From assembly GCF_964355755.1 (NCBI RefSeq), contig NC_092680.1:18051045-18115044 (forward strand): a stretch of 64,000 bases of DNA, in the 5' to 3' direction. Origin of the DNA: Antedon mediterranea (lineage: Eukaryota > Animalia > Echinodermata). The position numbers and the translations under genes are program-made. Below the pieces are notes generated by a model. It did no database searches and was not told the origin of the DNA. It was given only the letters and a program-made list of their open reading frames with translations. Of this stretch, positions 1 through 14,388 are shown in pieces (position 1 is the first letter of the stretch; every line of letters starts with the position of its first letter).

Positions 1-3000
1 AGGCAGAAACACAAAAAAAACGATCTGAGCATGTGCAAATGTATATAAAAACACTCAGATAATGTACAGAAGGCAGTTTAAAGATATAAGCAGTGAGTTA
101 GGAAGATCATAAGTCAGCTCTTCTTAATTGCCTAAGTCACACATCTGACTTAGGCAGAAACACAAAAAATATAGTATATTGATTTAAGCAGTGAGTTAGG
201 CAGATCATAAGTCAGCTCTTCTTAATTGCCTAAGTCACACAGCTGACTTAGGCAGAAACACAAAAAAAAATATAGTATATTGATATAAGCAGTGAATTAG
301 GCAGATCATAAGTCAGCTCTCCTTAATTACCTAAGTCACACAGCTGACTTAGGTAGAAACACAAAAAATATAGTATATTGATATAAGCAGTGAGTTAGGC
401 AGATCATAAGTCAGCTCTTCTTAATTGCTTAAGTCACACAGCTGACTTAGGCAGAAACACAAAAAAATATAGTATATTGATATAAGCAGTGAGTTAGGCA
501 GATCATAAGTCAGCTCTCCTTAATTGCCTAAGTCACACAGCTGACTTAGGCAGAAACACAAAAAAATATAGTATATTGATATAAGCAGTGAGTTAGGCAG
601 ATCATAAGTCAGCTCTCCTTAATTGCCTAAGTCACACAGCTGACTTGGGCAGAAACACAAAAAATATAGTATATTGATATAAGCAGTGAGTTAGGCAGAT
701 CATAAGTCAGCTCTCCTTAATTGCCTAAGTCACACAGCTGACTTAGGCAGAAACACAACAAGTATAGTATATTGATATAAGCAGTGAGTTAGGCAGAAAA
801 ACCAAAAACAAATTATGACTTAGACACTTTTGCTATGAGGCTGTCGATATCATCTATATACACAAAATGCTACCTTTAAGTAACAAAATTTAATAGCATT
901 AGCTCTTCAGATTAAAATTAACACAGATGATTTTAGAAAAAGAAAGTAGCAGTGAGTTAGGCAGAAAAAAAAATTATGACTTAGACATTTTTGTTATGAG
1001 GCTATCGATATCATCTATATACAAAAAATGCTACCTTTAAGTAACAAATCTAATAGCATCAGCTCTTCAGATTAAAATTAACACTGATGATTTTAGAAAA
1101 GGAAAGTAGCAATAAAAGAGAAAGAATTTGTAACAAATGGGTTAAAAAATATACTATAAAAATGTATTTCTTATTTTATTTAAAAATTCATGAGTCTCCT
1201 CTCCTTAATTGCCTAAGTCACACAGCTGACTTAGGCAGAAACACAAAAAAAACGATCTGAGCATGTGTAAATGTATATAAAAACACGCAGATAATGTACA
1301 GAGGGCAGTATAAAGATATAAGCAGTGAGTTAGGCAGATCATAAGTCAGCTCTCCTTAATTGCCTAAGTCACTCATCTGACTTAGGCAGAAACACAACAA
1401 AATATAGTATATTGATATAAGCAGTGAGTTAGGCAGATCATAAGTCAGCTCTCCTTAATTGCCTAAGTCACTCATCTGACTTAGGCAGAAACACAACAAA
1501 ATATAGTATATTGATATAAGCAGTGAGTTAGGCAGATCATAAGTCAGCTCTCCTTAATTGCCTAAGTCACACAGCTGACTTGGGCAGAAACACAAAAAAT
1601 ATAGTATATTGATATAAGCAGTGAGTTAGGCAGATCATAAGTCAGCTCTCCTTAATTGCCTAAGTCACACAGCTGACTTAGGCAGAAACACAACAAGTAT
1701 AGTATATTGATATAAGCAGTGAGTTACGCAGAAAAACCAAAAACAAATTATGACTTAGACACTTTTGTTATGAGGCTGTCGATATCATCTATATACAAAA
1801 AATTCTACCTTTAAGTAACAAAATTTAATAGCATTAGCTCTTCAGATTAAAATTAACACAGATGATTTTAGAAAAAGAAGTAGCAGTGAGTTAGGCAGAA
1901 AAAAAAAATTATGACTTAGACATTTTTGTTATGAGGCTGTCGATATCATCTATATACAAAAAATGCTACCTGTAAGTAACAAATTTAATAGCATCAGCTC
2001 TTCAGATTAAAATTAACACTGATGATTTTAGAAAAGGAAAGTAGCAATAAAAGAGAAAGAATTTGTAACAAATGGGTTAAAAAATATACTATAAAAATGT
2101 ATTTCTTATTTTATTTAAAAAATCATGAGTCTCCTCTCCTTAATTTCCTAAGTCACACTGCTGACTTAGGCAGAAACACAAAAAAAAAACGATCTGAGCA
2201 TGTGCAAATGTATATAAAAACACGCAGATAATGTACAGAGGGCAGTATAAAGATATAAGCAGTGAGTTAGACAGATCATAAGTCAGCTCTCCTTAATTGC
2301 CTAAGTCACTCATCTGACTTAGGCAGAAACACAACAATATATAGTATATTGATATAAGCAGTGAGTTAGGCAGATCATAAGTCAGCTCTCCTTAATTGCC
2401 TAAGTCACACAGCTGACTTGGGCAGAAACACAAAAAAAAATAGTATATTGATATAAGCAGTTAGTTAGGCAGAACATAAGTCAGCTCTCTTTAATTGCCT
2501 AAGTCACACAGCTGACTTAGGCAGAAACACAATACAAAATATAGTATATTAATATAAGCTGTGAGTTAGGTAGATCATAAGTCAGCTCTCCTTAATTGCC
2601 TAAGTCACACAGCTGACTTAGGCAGAAACACAACAAGTATAGTATATTGATATAAGCAGTGAGTTAGGCAGAAAAAAAAATTATGACTTAGACACTTTTG
2701 TTATGAGGCTGTCGATATCATCTATATACAATAAATGCAACCTTTAAGTAACAAAATTTAATAGCATTAGCTCTTCAGATTAAAATTAACACTGATGATT
2801 TTAGAAAAGGAAAGTAGCAATAAAAGAGAAAGAATTTATAACAAATGGGTTAAAAAATATACTATAAAAATGTATTTCTTATTTTATTTAAAAAATCATG
2901 GGTCTCCTCTCCTTAATTGCCTAAGTCACACAGCTGACTTAGGCAGAAACACAAAAAAAACGATCTGAGCATGTGCAAATGTATATAAAAACACTCAGAT

Positions 3001-6000
3001 AATGTACAGAAGGCAGTATAAAGATATAAGCAGTGAGTTAGGAAGATGATAAGTCAGCTTTTCTTAATTGCCTAAGTCACACAGCTGACTTAGGCAGAAA
3101 CACAACAAGTATAGTATATTGATATAAGCAGTGAGTTAGGCAGAAAAAAAAATTATGACTTAGACACTTTTGTTATGAGGCTGTCGATATCATCTATATA
3201 CAATAAATTTTACCTTTAAGTAACAAAATTTAATAGCATTAGCTCTTCAGATTAAAATTAACACTGATGATTTTAGAAAAATAAAGTAGCAATAAAAGAG
3301 AAAGAATTTATAACAAATGGATTAAGAAATATACTATAAAAATGTATTTCTTATTTTATTTAAAAAATCATGGGTCTCCTCTCCTTAATTGCCTAAGTCA
3401 CACAGCTGACTTAGGCAGAAACACAAAAAACGATCTGAGCATGTGCAAATGTATATAAAAACACTCAGATAATGTACAGAAGGCAGTATAAAGATATAAG
3501 CAGTGAGTTAGGAAGATCATAAGTCAGCTCTTCTTAATTGCCTAAGTCACACATCTGACTTAGGCAGAAACACAAAAAAAAACGATCTGAGCATGTGCAA
3601 ATGTATATAAAAACACGCAGATAATGTACAGAGGGCAGTATAAAGATATAAGCAGTGAGTTAGGCAGATCATAAGTCAGCTCTCCTTAATTGCCCAAGTC
3701 ACTCATCTGACTTAGGCAGAAACACAAAAAATATAGTATATTGATATAAGCAGTGAGTTAGGCAGATCATAAGTCAGCTCTCCTTAATTGCCTAAGTCAC
3801 ACAGCTGACTTGGGCAGAAACACAAAAAATATAGTATATTGATATAAGCAGTTAGTTAGGCAGAACATAAGTCAGCTCTTCTTAATTGCCTAAGTCACAC
3901 AGCTGACTTAGGCAGAAACACAAAAAAATATAGTATATTGATATAAGCAGTGAATTAGGCAGATCATAAGTCAGCTCTCCTTAATTGCCTAAGTCACACA
4001 GCTGACTTAGGCCGAAACACAACAAGTATAGTATATTGATATAAGCAGTGAGTTAGGCAGAAAAAAAAATTATGACTTAGACACTTTTGTTATGAGGCTG
4101 TCGATATCATCTATATACAATAAATGCTACCTTTAAGTAACAAAATTTAATAGCATTAGCTCTTCAGATTAAAATTAACACTGATGATTTTAGAAAAGGA
4201 AAGTAGCAATAAAAGAGAAAGAATTTATAACAAATGGGTTAAAAAATATACTATAAAAATGTATTTCTTATTTTATTTAAAAAATCATGGGTCTCCTCTC
4301 CTTAATTGCCTAAGTCACACAGCTGACTTAGGCAGAAACACAAAAAAACGATCTGAGCATGTGCAAATGTATATAAAAACACTCAGATAATGTACAGAAG
4401 GCAGTATAAAGATATAAACAGTGAGTTAGGAAGATCATAAGTCAGCTCTTCTTAATTGCCTAAGTCACACAGCTGACTTAGGCAGAAACACAACAAGTAT
4501 AGTATATTGATATAAGCAGTGAGTTACGCAGAAAAACCAAAACAAATTATGACTTAGACACTTTTGTTATGAGGCTGCCGATATCATCTATATACAAAAA
4601 ATTCTACCTTTAAGTAACAAAATTTAATAGCATTAGCTCTTCAGATTAAAATTAACACAGATGATTTTAGAAAAAGAAGTAGCAGTGAGTTAGGCAGAAA
4701 AAAAAAATTATGACTTAGACATTTTTGTTATGAGGCTGTCGATATCATCTATATACAAAAAATGCTACCTGTAAGTAACAAATTTAATAGCATCAGCTCT
4801 TCAGATTAAAATTAACACTGATGATTTTAGAAAAGGAAAGTAGCAATAAAAGAGAAAGAATTTGTAACAAATGGGTTAAAAAATATACTATAAAAATGTA
4901 TTTCTTATTTTATTTAAAAAATCATGAGTCTCCTCTCCTTAATTTCCTAAGTCACACTGCTGACTTAGGCAGAAACACAAAAAAAAACGATCTGAGCATG
5001 TGCAAATGTATATAAAAACACGCAGATAATGTACAGAGGGCAGTATAAAGATATAAGCAGTGAGTTAGACAGATCATAAGTCAGCTCTCCTTAATTGCCT
5101 AAGTCACTCATCTGACTTAGGCAGAAACACAACAATATATAGTATATTGATATAAGCAGTGAGTTAGGCAGATCATAAGTCAGCTCTCCTTAATTGCCTA
5201 AGTCACACAGCTGACTTGGGCAGAAACACAAAAAAAATAGTATATTGATATAAGCAGTTAGTTAGGCAGAACATAAGTCAGCTCTCTTTAATTGCCTAAG
5301 TCACACAGCTGACTTAGGCAGAAACACAATACAAAATATAGTATATTAATATAAGCTGTGAGTTAGGTAGATCATAAGTCAGCTCTCCTTAATTGCCTAA
5401 GTCACACAGCTGACTTAGGCAGAAACACAACAAGTATAGTATATTGATATAAGCAGTGAGTTAGGCAGAAAAAAAAATTATGACTTAGACACTTTTGTTA
5501 TGAGGCTGTCGATATCATCTATATACAATAAATGCAACCTTTAAGTAACAAAATTTAATAGCATTAGCTCTTCAGATTAAAATTAACACTGATGATTTTA
5601 GAAAAGGAAAGTAGCAATAAAAGAGAAAGAATTTATAACAAATGGGTTAAAAAATATACTATAAAAATGTATTTCTTATTTTATTTAAAAAATCATGGGT
5701 CTCCTCTCCTTAATTGCCTAAGTCACACAGCTGACTTAGGCAGAAACACAAAAAAAACGATCTGAGCATGTGCAAATGTATATAAAAACACTCAGATAAT
5801 GTACAGAAGGCAGTATAAAGATATAAGCAGTGAGTTAGGAAGATGATAAGTCAGCTTTTCTTAATTGCCTAAGTCACACAGCTGACTTAGGCAGAAACAC
5901 AACAAGTATAGTATATTGATATAAGCAGTGAGTTAGGCAGAAAAAAAAATTATGACTTAGACACTTTTGTTATGAGGCTGTCGATATCATCTATATACAA

Positions 6001-9000
6001 TAAATTTTACCTTTAAGTAACAAAATTTAATAGCATTAGCTCTTCAGATTAAAATTAACACTGATGATTTTAGAAAAATAAAGTAGCAATAAAAGAGAAA
6101 GAATTTATAACAAATGGATTAAGAAATATACTATAAAAATGTATTTCTTATTTTATTTAAAAAATCATGGGTCTCCTCTCCTTAATTGCCTAAGTCACAC
6201 AGCTGACTTAGGCAGAAACACAAAAAACGATCTGAGCATGTGCAAATGTATATAAAAACACTCAGATAATGTACAGAAGGCAGTATAAAGATATAAGCAG
6301 TGAGTTAGGAAGATCATAAGTCAGCTCTTCTTAATTGCCTAAGTCACACATCTGACTTAGGCAGAAACACAAAAAAAAACGATCTGAGCATGTGCAAATG
6401 TATATAAAAACACGCAGATAATGTACAGAGGGCAGTATAAAGATATAAGCAGTGAGTTAGACAGATCATAAGTCAGCTCTCCTTAATTGCCCAAGTCACT
6501 CATCTGACTTAGGCAGAAACACAAAAAATATAGTATATTGATATAAGCAGTGAGTTAGGCAGATCATAAGTCAGCTCTCCTTAATTGCCTAAGTCACACA
6601 GCTGACTTGGGCAGAAACACAAAAAATATAGTATATTGATATAAGCAGTTAGTTAGGCAGAACATAAGTCAGCTCTTCTTAATTGCCTAAGTCACACAGC
6701 TGACTTAGGCAGAAACACAAAAAAATATAGTATATTGATATAAGCAGTGAATTAGGCAGATCATAAGTCAGCTCTCCTTAATTGCCTAAGTCACACAGCT
6801 GACTTAGGCCGAAACACAACAAGTATAGTATATTGATATAAGCAGTGAGTTAGGCAGAAAAAAAAATTATGACTTAGACACTTTTGTTATGAGGCTGTCG
6901 ATATCATCTATATACAATAAATGCTACCTTTAAGTAACAAAATTTAATAGCATTAGCTCTTCAGATTAAAATTAACACTGATGATTTTAGAAAAGGAAAG
7001 TAGCAATAAAAGAGAAAGAATTTATAACAAATGGGTTAAAAAATATACTATAAAAATGTATTTCTTATTTTATTTAAAAAATCATGGGTCTCCTCTCCTT
7101 AATTGCCTAAGTCACACAGCTGACTTAGGCAGAAACACAAAAAAACGATCTGAGCATGTGCAAATGTATATAAAAACACTCAGATAATGTACAGAAGGCA
7201 GTATAAAGATATAAACAGTGAGTTAGGAAGATCATAAGTCAGCTCTTCTTAATTGCCTAAGTCACACAGCTGACTTAGGCAGAAACACAACAAGTATAGT
7301 ATATTGATATAAGCAGTGAGTTACGCAGAAAAACCAAAAACAAATTATGACTTAGACACTTTTGTTATGAGGCTGTCGATATCATCTATATACAAAAAAT
7401 TCTACCTTTAAGTAACAAAATTTAATAGCATTAGCTCTTCAGATTAAAATTAACACAGATGATTTTAGAAAAAGAAGTAGCAGTGAGTTAGGCAGAAAAA
7501 AAAATTATGACTTAGACATTTTTGTTATGAGGCTGTCGATATCATCTATATACAAAAAATGCTACCTGTAAGTAACAAATTTAATAGCATCAGCTCTTCA
7601 GATTAAAATTAACACTGATGATTTTAGAAAAGGAAAGTAGCAATAAAAGAGAAAGAATTTGTAACAAATGGGTTAAAAAATATACTATAAAAATGTATTT
7701 CTTATTTTATTTAAAAAATCATGAGTCTCCTCTCCTTAATTTCCTAAGTCACACTGCTGACTTAGGCAGAAACACAAAAAAAAACGATCTGAGCATGTGC
7801 AAATGTATATAAAAACACGCAGATAATGTACAGAGGGCAGTATAAAGATATAAGCAGTGAGTTAGACAGATCATAAGTCAGCTCTCCTTAATTGCCTAAG
7901 TCACTCATCTGACTTAGGCAGAAACACAACAATATATAGTATATTGATATAAGCAGTGAGTTAGGCAGATCATAAGTCAGCTCTCCTTAATTGCCTAAGT
8001 CACACAGCTGACTTGGGCAGAAACACAAAAAATATAGTATATTGATATAAGCAGTTAGTTAGGCAGAACATAAGTCAGCTCTCTTTAATTGCCTAAGTCA
8101 CACAGCTGACTTAGGCAGAAACACAATACAAAATATAGTATATTAATATAAGCTGTGAGTTAGGTAGATCATAAGTCAGCTCTCCTTAATTGCCTAAGTC
8201 ACACAGCTGACTTAGGCAGAAACACAACAAGTATAGTATATTGATATAAGCAGTGAGTTAGGCAGAAAAAAAATTATGACTTAGACACTTTTGTTATGAG
8301 GCTGTCGATATCATCTATATACAATAAATGCAACCTTTAAGTAACAAAATTTAATAGCATTAGCTCTTCAGATTAAAATTAACACTGATGATTTTAGAAA
8401 AGGAAAGTAGCAATAAAAGAGAAAGAATTTATAACAAATGGGTTAAAAAATATACTATAAAAATGTATTTCTTATTTTATTTAAAAAATCATGGGTCTCC
8501 TCTCCTTAATTGCCTAAGTCACACAGCTGACTTAGGCAGAAACACAAAAAAAACGATCTGAGCATGTGCAAATGTATATAAAAACACTCAGATAATGTAC
8601 AGAAGGCAGTATAAAGATATAAGCAGTGAGTTAGGAAGATGATAAGTCAGCTTTTCTTAATTGCCTAAGTCACACAGCTGACTTAGGCAGAAACACAACA
8701 AGTATAGTATATTGATATAAGCAGTGAGTTAGGCAGAAAAAAAAAATTATGACTTAGACACTTTTGTTATGAGGCTGTCGATATCATCTATATACAATAA
8801 ATTTTACCTTTAAGTAACAAAATTTAATAGCATTAGCTCTTCAGATTAAAATTAACACTGATGATTTTAGAAAAATAAAGTAGCAATAAAATTGAAAGAA
8901 TTTATAACAAATGGATTAAGAAATATACTATAAAAATGTATTTCTTATTTTATTTAAAAAATCATGGGTCTCCTCTCCTTAATTGCCTAAGTCACACAGC

Positions 9001-12000
9001 TGACTTAGGCAGAAACACAAAAAAACGATCTGAGCATGTGCAAATGTATATAAAAACACTCAGATAATGTACAGAAGGCAGTATAAAGATATAAACAGTG
9101 AGTTAGGAAGATCATAAGTCAGCTCTTCTTAATTGCCTAAGTCACACAGCTGACTTAGGCAGAAACACAACAAGTATAGTATATTGATATAAGCAGTGAG
9201 TTACGCAGAAAAACCAAAAACAAATTATGACTTAGACACTTTTGTTATGAGGCTGTCGATATCATCTATATACAAAAAATTCTACCTTTAAGTAACAAAA
9301 TTTAATAGCATTAGCTCTTCAGATTAAAATTAACACAGATGATTTTAGAAAAAGAAGTAGCAGTAAGTTAGGCAGAAAAAAAAAATTATGACTTAGACAT
9401 TTTTGTTATGAGGCTGTCGATATCATCTATATACAAAAAATGCTACCTGTAAGTAACAAATTTAATAGCATCAGCTCTTCAGATTAAAATTAACACTGAT
9501 GATTTTAGAAAAGGAAAGTAGCAATAAAAGAGAAAGAATTTGTAACAAATGGGTTAAAAAATATACTATAAAAATGTATTTCTTATTTTATTTAAAAAAT
9601 CATGAGTCTCCTCTCCTTAATTTCCTAAGTCACACTGCTGACTTAGGCAGAAACACAAAAAAAAACGATCTGAGCATGTGCAAATGTATATAAAAACACG
9701 CAGATAATGTACAGAGGGCAGTATAAAGATATAAGCAGTGAGTTAGACAGATCATAAGTCAGCTCTCCTTAATTGCCTAAGTCACTCATCTGACTTAGGC
9801 AGAAACACAACAATATATAGTATATTGATATAAGCAGTGAGTTAGGCAGATCATAAGTCAGCTCTCCTTAATTGCCTAAGTCACACAGCTGACTTGGGCA
9901 GAAACACAAAAAATATAGTATATTGATATAAGCAGTTAGTTAGGCAGAACATAAGTCAGCTCTCTTTAATTGCCTAAGTCACACAGCTGACTTAGGCAGA
10001 AACACAATACAAAATATAGTATATTAATATAAGCTGTGAGTTAGGTAGATCATAAGTCAGCTCTCCTTAATTGCCTAAGTCACACAGCTGACTTAGGCAG
10101 AAACACAACAAGTATAGTATATTGATATAAGCAGTGAGTTAGGCAGAAAAAAAATTATGACTTAGACACTTTTGTTATGAGGCTGTCGATATCATCTATA
10201 TACAATAAATGCAACCTTTAAGTAACAAAATTTAATAGCATTAGCTCTTCAGATTAAAATTAACACTGATGATTTTAGAAAAGGAAAGTAGCAATAAAAG
10301 AGAAAGAATTTATAACAAATGGGTTAAAAAATATACTATAAAAATGTATTTCTTATTTTATTTAAAAAATCATGGGTCTCCTCTCCTTAATTGCCTAAGT
10401 CACACAGCTGACTTAGGCAGAAACACAAAAAAAACGATCTGAGCATGTGCAAATGTATATAAAAACACTCAGATACTGTACAGAAGGCAGTATAAAGATA
10501 TAAGCAGTGAGTTAGGAAGATGATAAGTCAGCTTTTCTTAATTGCCTAAGTCACACAGCTGACTTAGGCAGAAACACAACAAGTATAGTATATTGATATA
10601 AGCAGTGAGTTAGGCAGAAAAAAAAATTATGACTTAGACACTTTTGTTATGAGGCTGTCGATATCATCTATATACAATAAATTTTACCTTTAAGTAACAA
10701 AATTTAATAGCATTAGCTCTTCAGATTAAAATTAACACTGATGATTTTAGAAAAATAAAGTAGCAATAAAAGAGAAAGAATTTATAACAAATGGATTAAG
10801 AAATATACTATAAAAATGTATTTCTTATTTTATTTAAAAAATCATGGGTCTCCTCTCCTTAATTGCCTAAGTCACACAGCTGACTTAGGCAGAAACACAA
10901 AAAACGATCTGAGCATGTGCAAATGTATATAAAAACACTCAGATAATGTACAGAAGGCAGTATAAAGATATAAGCAGTGAGTTAGGAAGATCATAAGTCA
11001 GCTCTTCTTAATTGCCTAAGTCACACATCTGACTTAGGCAGAAACACAAAAAAAAACGATCTGAGCATGTGCAAATGTATATAAAAACACGCAGATAATG
11101 TACAGAGGGCAGTATAAAGATATAAGCAGTGAGTTAGACAGATCATAAGTCAGCTCTCCTTAATTGCCCAAGTCACTCATCTGACTTAGGCAGAAACACA
11201 AAAAATATAGTATATTGATATAAGCAGTGAGTTAGGCAGATCATAAGTCAGCTCTCCTTAATTGCCTAAGTCACACAGCTGACTTGGGCAGAAACACAAA
11301 AAATATAGTATATTGATATAAGCAGTTAGTTAGGCAGAACATAAGTCAGCTCTTCTTAATTGCCTAAGTCACACAGCTGACTTAGGCAGAAACACAAAAA
11401 AATATAGTATATTGATATAAGCAGTGAATTAGGCAGATCATAAGTCAGCTCTCCTTAATTGCCTAAGTCACACAGCTGACTTAGGCCGAAACACAACAAG
11501 TATAGTATATTGATATAAGCAGTGAGTTAGGCAGAAAAAAAAATTATGACTTAGACACTTTTGTTATGAGGCTGTCGATATCATCTATATACAATAAATG
11601 CTACCTTTAAGTAACAAAATTTAATAGCATTAGCTCTTCAGATTAAAATTAACACTGATGATTTTAGAAAAGGAAAGTAGCAATAAAAGAGAAAGAATTT
11701 ATAACAAATGGGTTAAAAAATATACTATAAAAATGTATTTCTTATTTTATTTAAAAAATCATGGGTCTCCTCTCCTTAATTGCCTAAGTCACACAGCTGA
11801 CTTAGGCAGAAACACAAAAAAACGATCTGAGCATGTGCAAATGTATATAAAAACACTCAGATAATGTACAGAAGGCAGTATAAAGATATAAACAGTGAGT
11901 TAGGAAGATCATAAGTCAGCTCTTCTTAATTGCCTAAGTCACACAGCTGACTTAGGCAGAAACACAACAAGTATAGTATATTGATATAAGCAGTGAGTTA

Positions 12001-13604
12001 GGCAGATCATAAGTCAGCTCTTCTTAATTGCCTAAGTCACACAGCTGACTTAGGCAGAAACACAAAAAATATAGTATATTGATATAAGCAGTGAATTAGG
12101 CAGATCATAAGTCAGCTCTCCTTAATTGCCTAAGTCACACAGCTGACTTAGGCAGAAACACAACAAGTATAGTATATTGATATAAGCGATGAGTTAGGCA
12201 GAAAAAAAATTATGAATTAGACACTTTTGTTATGAGGCTGTCGATATCATCTATATACAATAAATGCTACCTTTAAGTAACAAAATTTAATAGCATTAGC
12301 TCTTCAGATTAAAATTAACACTGATGATTTTAGAAAAGGAAAGTAGCAATAAAAGAGAAAGAATTTATAACAAATGGGTTAAAAAATATACTATAAAAAT
12401 GTATTTCTTATTTTATTTAAAAAATCATGGATCTCCTCTCCTTAATTGCCTAAGTCACACAGCTGACTTAGGCAGAAACACAAAAAAACGATCTGAGCAT
12501 GTGCAAATGTATATAAAAACACTCAGATAATGTACAGAAGGCAGTATAAAGATATAAGCAGTGAGTTAGGAAGATCATAAGTCAGCTCTTCTTAATTGCC
12601 TAAGTCACACATCTGACTTAGGCAGAAACACAAAAAATATAGTATATTGATATAAGCAGTGAATTAGGCAGATCATAAGTCAGCTCTCCTTAATTGCCTA
12701 AGTCACACAGCTGACTTAGGCAGAAACACAAAAAATATAGTATATTGATATAAGCAGTGAGTTAGGCAGATCATAAGTCAGCTCTTCTTAATTTCCTAAG
12801 TCACACAGCTAACTTAGGCAGAAACACAAAAAAATATAGTATATTGATATAAGCAGTGAATTAGGCAGATCATAAGTCAGCTCTCCTTAATTGCCTAAGT
12901 CACACAGCTGACTTAGGCAGAAACACAACAAGTATAGTATATTGATATAAGCAGTGAGTTAGGCAGAAAAAAAAAATTATGACTTAGACACTTTTGTTAT
13001 GAGGCTGTCGATATCATCTATATACAATAAATGCTACCTTTAAGTAACAAAATTTAATAGCATTAGCTCTTCAGATTAAAATTAACACTGATGATTTTAG
13101 AAAAGGAAAGAAGCAATAAAAGAGAAAGAATTTGTAGCAAATGGGTTAAAAAATATACTATAAAAATGTATTTCTTATTTTATTAAAAAAATCATGAGTC
13201 TCCTCTCCTTAATTGCCTAAAAGTCACACAGCTGACTTAGGCAGAAACGCAAAAAACGATCTGAGCATGTGCAAATGTATATAAAAGCACTCAGATAATG
13301 TACAGAGGGTAGTATAATGATATAAGCAGTGAGTTGGGCAGATCATAAGTCAGCTCTCCTTAATTGCCTAAGTCACACAGCTGACTTAGGCAGAAACACA
13401 AAAAATATAGTATATTGATATAAGCAGTGAGTTAGGCAGATAATAAGTCAGCTCTCCTTAATTGCCTAAGTCACACAGCTGACTTGGGCAGAAACACAAA
13501 AAATATAGTATATTGATATAAGCAGTGAGTTAGGCAGAAAAGCAAAAAAAAAAATTATGTCTTAGACACTTTGGTTATGAGGCTGTCGATATCATCTATA
13601 TACA
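1..13604. repeat. Complex satellite array (~98-bp core monomer plus longer variant modules) with ~2.8-kb higher-order repeat; continues off the left edge
   Basis: Core AGCAGTGAGTTAGGCAGATCATAAGTCAGCTCTCCTTAATTGCCTAAGTCACACAGCTGACTTAGGCAGAAACACAAAAAATATAGTATATTGATATA recurs throughout; the variant GAGTTACGCAG is at 1721, 4521, 7318 and 9198. Confidence 0.98.
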
Positions 13605-14388
13605 AACAAGGCCAACAGCCATTAAGTCGCGTGCTACAATGCATAGTGATACCAGACCGACAGACAGACCGACAGACAGACCGACCGACATAGTGAACTA
13701 TAGAGTCGCGTCCACGCGACTAAAAAGGCATAATTTTGACAAATTTTTGAACTTTTTCATCAAAAACGTGCGCAAATTATCCAATTCGACGTGCTCGTAT
13801 AACGTAATTTTAAGTCGAAATTGTTAAAAAGTTGGTAAAATTATTAGAAAAGGCTGCAAAAACATAAATCACGCGAAAAAAATATGTATTTAAGGCTACG
13901 TGCGCACCGCGCGCGTAAAAATTTGCGTGCGTATGGGAATTTTTGCTCAAAATGACAATAAACGCGTAGAAAGTTGATTAAAAATTAATTTTGCGCATTT
14001 TAAAATTTTAAATGCGCGTGCGCGCGTAACTTTGTGTAAAACACATTTTTTTTCAACAGAAAGTTAGCGCCTGATATAAATTAAACTAAAGTTTCAATAT
14101 AAATGTTATTTGGTTTTTGACCAATGTTAAAATACGAGAAAATCGTTAAATCGCGCGTAAATCACGTTGCGCAACTCTAACGTCATTCACAATAGGAGGT
14201 GCACAATTTCACGTAAATGCCCACATGTTGACATCAAAACAGTTCAAAAAGTACCGAAAAGCGATAAAACGCATAGTGATACCGGACCGATAGACAGACC
14301 GACAGACAGACAGACAGACCGACAGACAGACCTACCGACCGACCGACCAACATAGTGAACTTAAGAGTCGCGTCCACGCCACTAAAAA
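13605..14388 (-). mobile_element. Helentron-associated non-autonomous element (HINE/DINE-1-like), compound with two 5' ends
   Basis: Minus strand reads T-run, AGTCGCGT-GG-ACGCGACT hairpin, (GTCG/GTCT)n microsatellite, second subterminal repeat CACGCGACT, short GGC..GCC hairpin, CTTGTT. The hairpin end occurs at 13704-13721 and again at 14366-14383. Confidence 0.75.

Noticed and set aside
1964-2046. Hammerhead-like CTGATGA...GAAA in the satellite with TGCTAC/GTAGCA pairing
   Set aside because: Stem II would be weak and lack the G-C closing pair, the required U-H site reads C-T, and stem I does not form; a covariance-model search would settle it
10471-10482. TACTGTA in the satellite as a transposon footprint
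   Set aside because: Point substitution of TAATGTA with no length change
2022-12530. Eight near-identical 64-69 aa ORFs (MILEKESSNK...)
   Set aside because: Translations of a satellite module; length depends on A-run slippage and sibling copies are broken
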